Assembly: GCF_030028105.1 (NCBI RefSeq)
Contig: NC_092394.1
Span: forward strand, 30,610,752 to 30,674,751
DNA: 64,000 nucleotides
Source of the DNA: Mobula birostris
Lineage: Eukaryota
Direction of reading: 5' to 3'
The translations under genes were made by a program, and so were the position numbers. The notes beneath the pieces were generated by a model, which ran no database searches, was not told the origin of the DNA, and worked only from the letters and a program-made list of their open reading frames with translations. Shown here piece after piece: positions 62,801 through 64,000 of the stretch (the stretch's first letter is position 1; each line of letters opens with the position of its first letter).

Positions 62801-62925
62801 TCCATAGTACTTTTTGCTTCTACCCTCACTTTACACCCCTCTGTCTCTCTGCACTGGTTCCCATCCCCCTGTTGTGAACTAACCTCCTCACGCCTAGCCT
62901 CTTTAATTTGATTTCCACTCCCCAA
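59893..62925 (-). CDS. CR1 ORF2: APE endonuclease and reverse transcriptase
   Basis: APE motifs NARS, GITETW, GGGVA, GDFN and SDH. RT motifs YRPVSLTS, DFQKAFD, GVPQGSVLGP and FADD. The track start at 62925 is TTG; the first ATG is at 62805. Confidence 0.95.
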   Translation of the reverse strand: MGSGNQIKEARREEVSSQQGDGNQCRETEGCKVRVEAKSTMEKSKSGRPTNPGQALKRATFQHNCIRAKRVVKERLKALCVNARSIRNKVDELKVQIVINDYDIVGITETWLQGDQGWELNVQGYSIFRRDRHERRGGGVALLVKEEINAIERKDISREDVESIWVELCNTKGQKTLVGVVYRPPNSSSEVGDGIKQEIRNVCNKGTAVIMGDFNLHVDWVNQIGKGAEEEDFLECMRDGFLNQHVREPTREQAILDWVLSNEEGLISNLVVRGPLGKSDHNMVEFFIKMESDIVNSETKVLNLKRGNFEGMRRELAKIDWQMTLKGLTVDMQWQAFKDCMDELQQLFIPVWQKNKSRKVVHPWLTREIRDSINSKEEAYKLARESGSPEDWEKFRVQQRRKKGLIRKEKKDYERKLAGNIKTDCKSFYRYVTRKRLVKTNVGPLQTETGELIMGSKDMADQLNNYFGSVFTKEDMNNLPEIVGDRGSSEMEEPSEIHVSREVVLGKLKGLKADKSPGPDGLHPRVLKEVAQEIVDALVIIFQNLLDSGLVPEDWRVANVTPLFKKGGREKPGNYRPVSLTSVVGKLLESVIKDVITAHLESSEMIGQSQHGFVKGKSCLTNLIEFFEVVISRVDRGEPVDVVYLDFQKAFDKVPHRRLVCKLKAHSIGGKVLVWVDSWLADRKQRVGINGTFSEWQAVTSGVPQGSVLGPQLFTIYINDLDEGIKCSISKFADDTKLGGSVSCEEDAKRMQGDLDRLGEWANSWQMQFNVDKCEVIHFGGKNRKTDYYLNGGRLGKGEVQRDLGVIIHQSLKVGMQVQQAVKKTNGMLAFIARGFEYRSWEVLLQLYKALVRPHLEYCVQFWSPNLRKDILAIEGVQRRFTRLIPGMAGLSYEERLDELGLYSLEFRRLRGDLIETYKILKGLDRLDAGRLFLMLGKSRTRGHSLRIEGKPFRTEIRKNFFTQRVVNLWNSLPQEAVEASSLAIFKRELDMALVATGVRGYGGKAGAGF

Positions 62926-62930
62926 CCATT

Positions 62931-63866
62931 CTAGTTTAAAGTCACCTCAGTAGCCCCCGCTAATCTCCCTGCCAGGATATTGGTCCCCCTAGGATTCAAG
63001 TGCAACCCGTCCTTTTTGTACAGGTCACGCCTGCGCCAAAAGAGGTCCCAATGATCCAAAAACTTGAATCCCTGCCCCCTGCTCCAATCCCTCAGCCTCG
63101 CATTTATCCTCCACCTCATCGCATTCCTACTCTCACTGTCGCGTGGCACAGGCAGTAATCCCGAGATTACTACCTTTGCGGTCCTTTTTCTCAACTCCCT
63201 TCCTAGCTCCCTGTATTCTCCTTTCAAGACCTCATCCCTTTTCCTTCCTATGTCATTGGTACCTATATGTACCACGACCTCTGGCTCCTCACCCTCCCAC
63301 TTCAGGATATCTTGGACACGATCAGAAATATCCCGGACCCTGGCACCAGGGAGGCAAACTACCATCCGGGTCTCTGGACTGCGTCCACAGAATCGCCTAT
63401 CTGACCCCCTTACTATCGAGTCCCCTATCACAACTGCCCTCCTCTTCCTTGCCCTACCCTTCTGAGCTACAGGGCCAGACTCTGTGCCGGAGGCACGGCC
63501 ACTGTCGCTTCCCCCGGGTAAGCTGTCCCCCCCAACAGTACTCAAACAGGAGTACCTGTTGTTAAGGGGCACAGCCACCGGGGTACTCCCTATTACCTGA
63601 CTTTTCCCCTTCCCCCTCCTAACCGTGACCCACTTGTCTGCCTCCCGTGGCCCCGGCGTGACCACCTGCCTGCAACTCCTCTCTATCACCTCCTCACTCT
63701 CCCTGACCAGACGAAGGTCATCGAGCTGCAGCTCCAGTTCCGTAACGCGGTCCCTTAGGAGCTGCATCTCGATGCACTTGGCGGAGATGTAGACGTCCGG
63801 GAGGCTTGGAGACTCCAGGGCCTCCCACATCCGACACCGAGAACAGCAAACTGCCCTCACACTCAT
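62931..63866 (-). CDS. CR1 ORF1: zinc finger/leucine zipper and SGNH esterase
   Basis: ATG at 63866 (MSVRAVCCSRC). Zipper LRDRVTELELQLDDL. SGNH blocks VIGDSIVRG, HIGTND and DGLHLN. Confidence 0.93.
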   Translation of the reverse strand: MSVRAVCCSRCRMWEALESPSLPDVYISAKCIEMQLLRDRVTELELQLDDLRLVRESEEVIERSCRQVVTPGPREADKWVTVRRGKGKSQVIGSTPVAVPLNNRYSCLSTVGGDSLPGGSDSGRASGTESGPVAQKGRARKRRAVVIGDSIVRGSDRRFCGRSPETRMVVCLPGARVRDISDRVQDILKWEGEEPEVVVHIGTNDIGRKRDEVLKGEYRELGRELRKRTAKVVISGLLPVPRDSESRNAMRWRINARLRDWSRGQGFKFLDHWDLFWRRRDLYKKDGLHLNPRGTNILAGRLAGATEVTLN

Positions 63867-64000
63867 ACTGCCCCTCTCCTCAAATAACAACAGAAAATGA
63901 ATGCCAAACCTTCCTCGCCTGTTTCCGCCTAAGCCCGTTGAGCCGAAGCCCTTAAGTCTTCACTCTGCTCCCGGCTCACTCCGCAGCCTGCAAACTACGC

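Larger units (their letters stand above)
59801..64000 (-). mobile_element. Near-full-length CR1 LINE, antisense in a MYO19 intron; 5' UTR runs off the window
   Basis: (TTTCTATG)n 3' tail at 59801-59818. ORF1 and ORF2 are both uninterrupted. Confidence 0.97.

Noticed and set aside
59870-63565. Plus-strand ORFs (230, 134, 258, 133 and 140 aa)
   Set aside because: Antisense shadows of the CR1 ORFs with no recognisable domains.

Overview
Vertebrate genomic DNA. The repeat content (V-SINE/HE1-like SINEs, CR1, Penelope and Rex1-like LINEs) suggests a cartilaginous fish, which is an inference. The window holds the GGNBP2-PIGW-MYO19 block. GGNBP2 is represented by its first coding exon (minus strand, CpG island at ~13 kb). 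PIGW has a complete single-exon CDS (minus, 33899-35425). MYO19 has 12 coding exons of the motor domain (plus, 36658-58000; the gene continues beyond the window) and sits head-to-head with PIGW on a shared CpG island. Much of the rest is transposon-derived. This includes a complete Gmr1-like Gypsy LTR element (SCAN-like gag, hollowed-out pol) in MYO19 intron 4, a CR1 LINE with both ORFs open, several Penelope-like elements carrying minimal hammerhead ribozyme motifs, and many LINE and SINE fragments. The strongest observations are: (1) a U_UUA_AAC slippery heptamer directly before the CR1 ORF1 stop, whose -1 frame runs straight into ORF2; (2) minimal, probably dimer-dependent hammerheads in fold-back Penelope-derived elements, including a nested same-strand pair; (3) an LTR element whose pol has lost the IN, RT and RNase H cores but keeps the flanking pieces in one reading frame. 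All alignments were done by eye. Repeat boundaries without a TSD are approximate.
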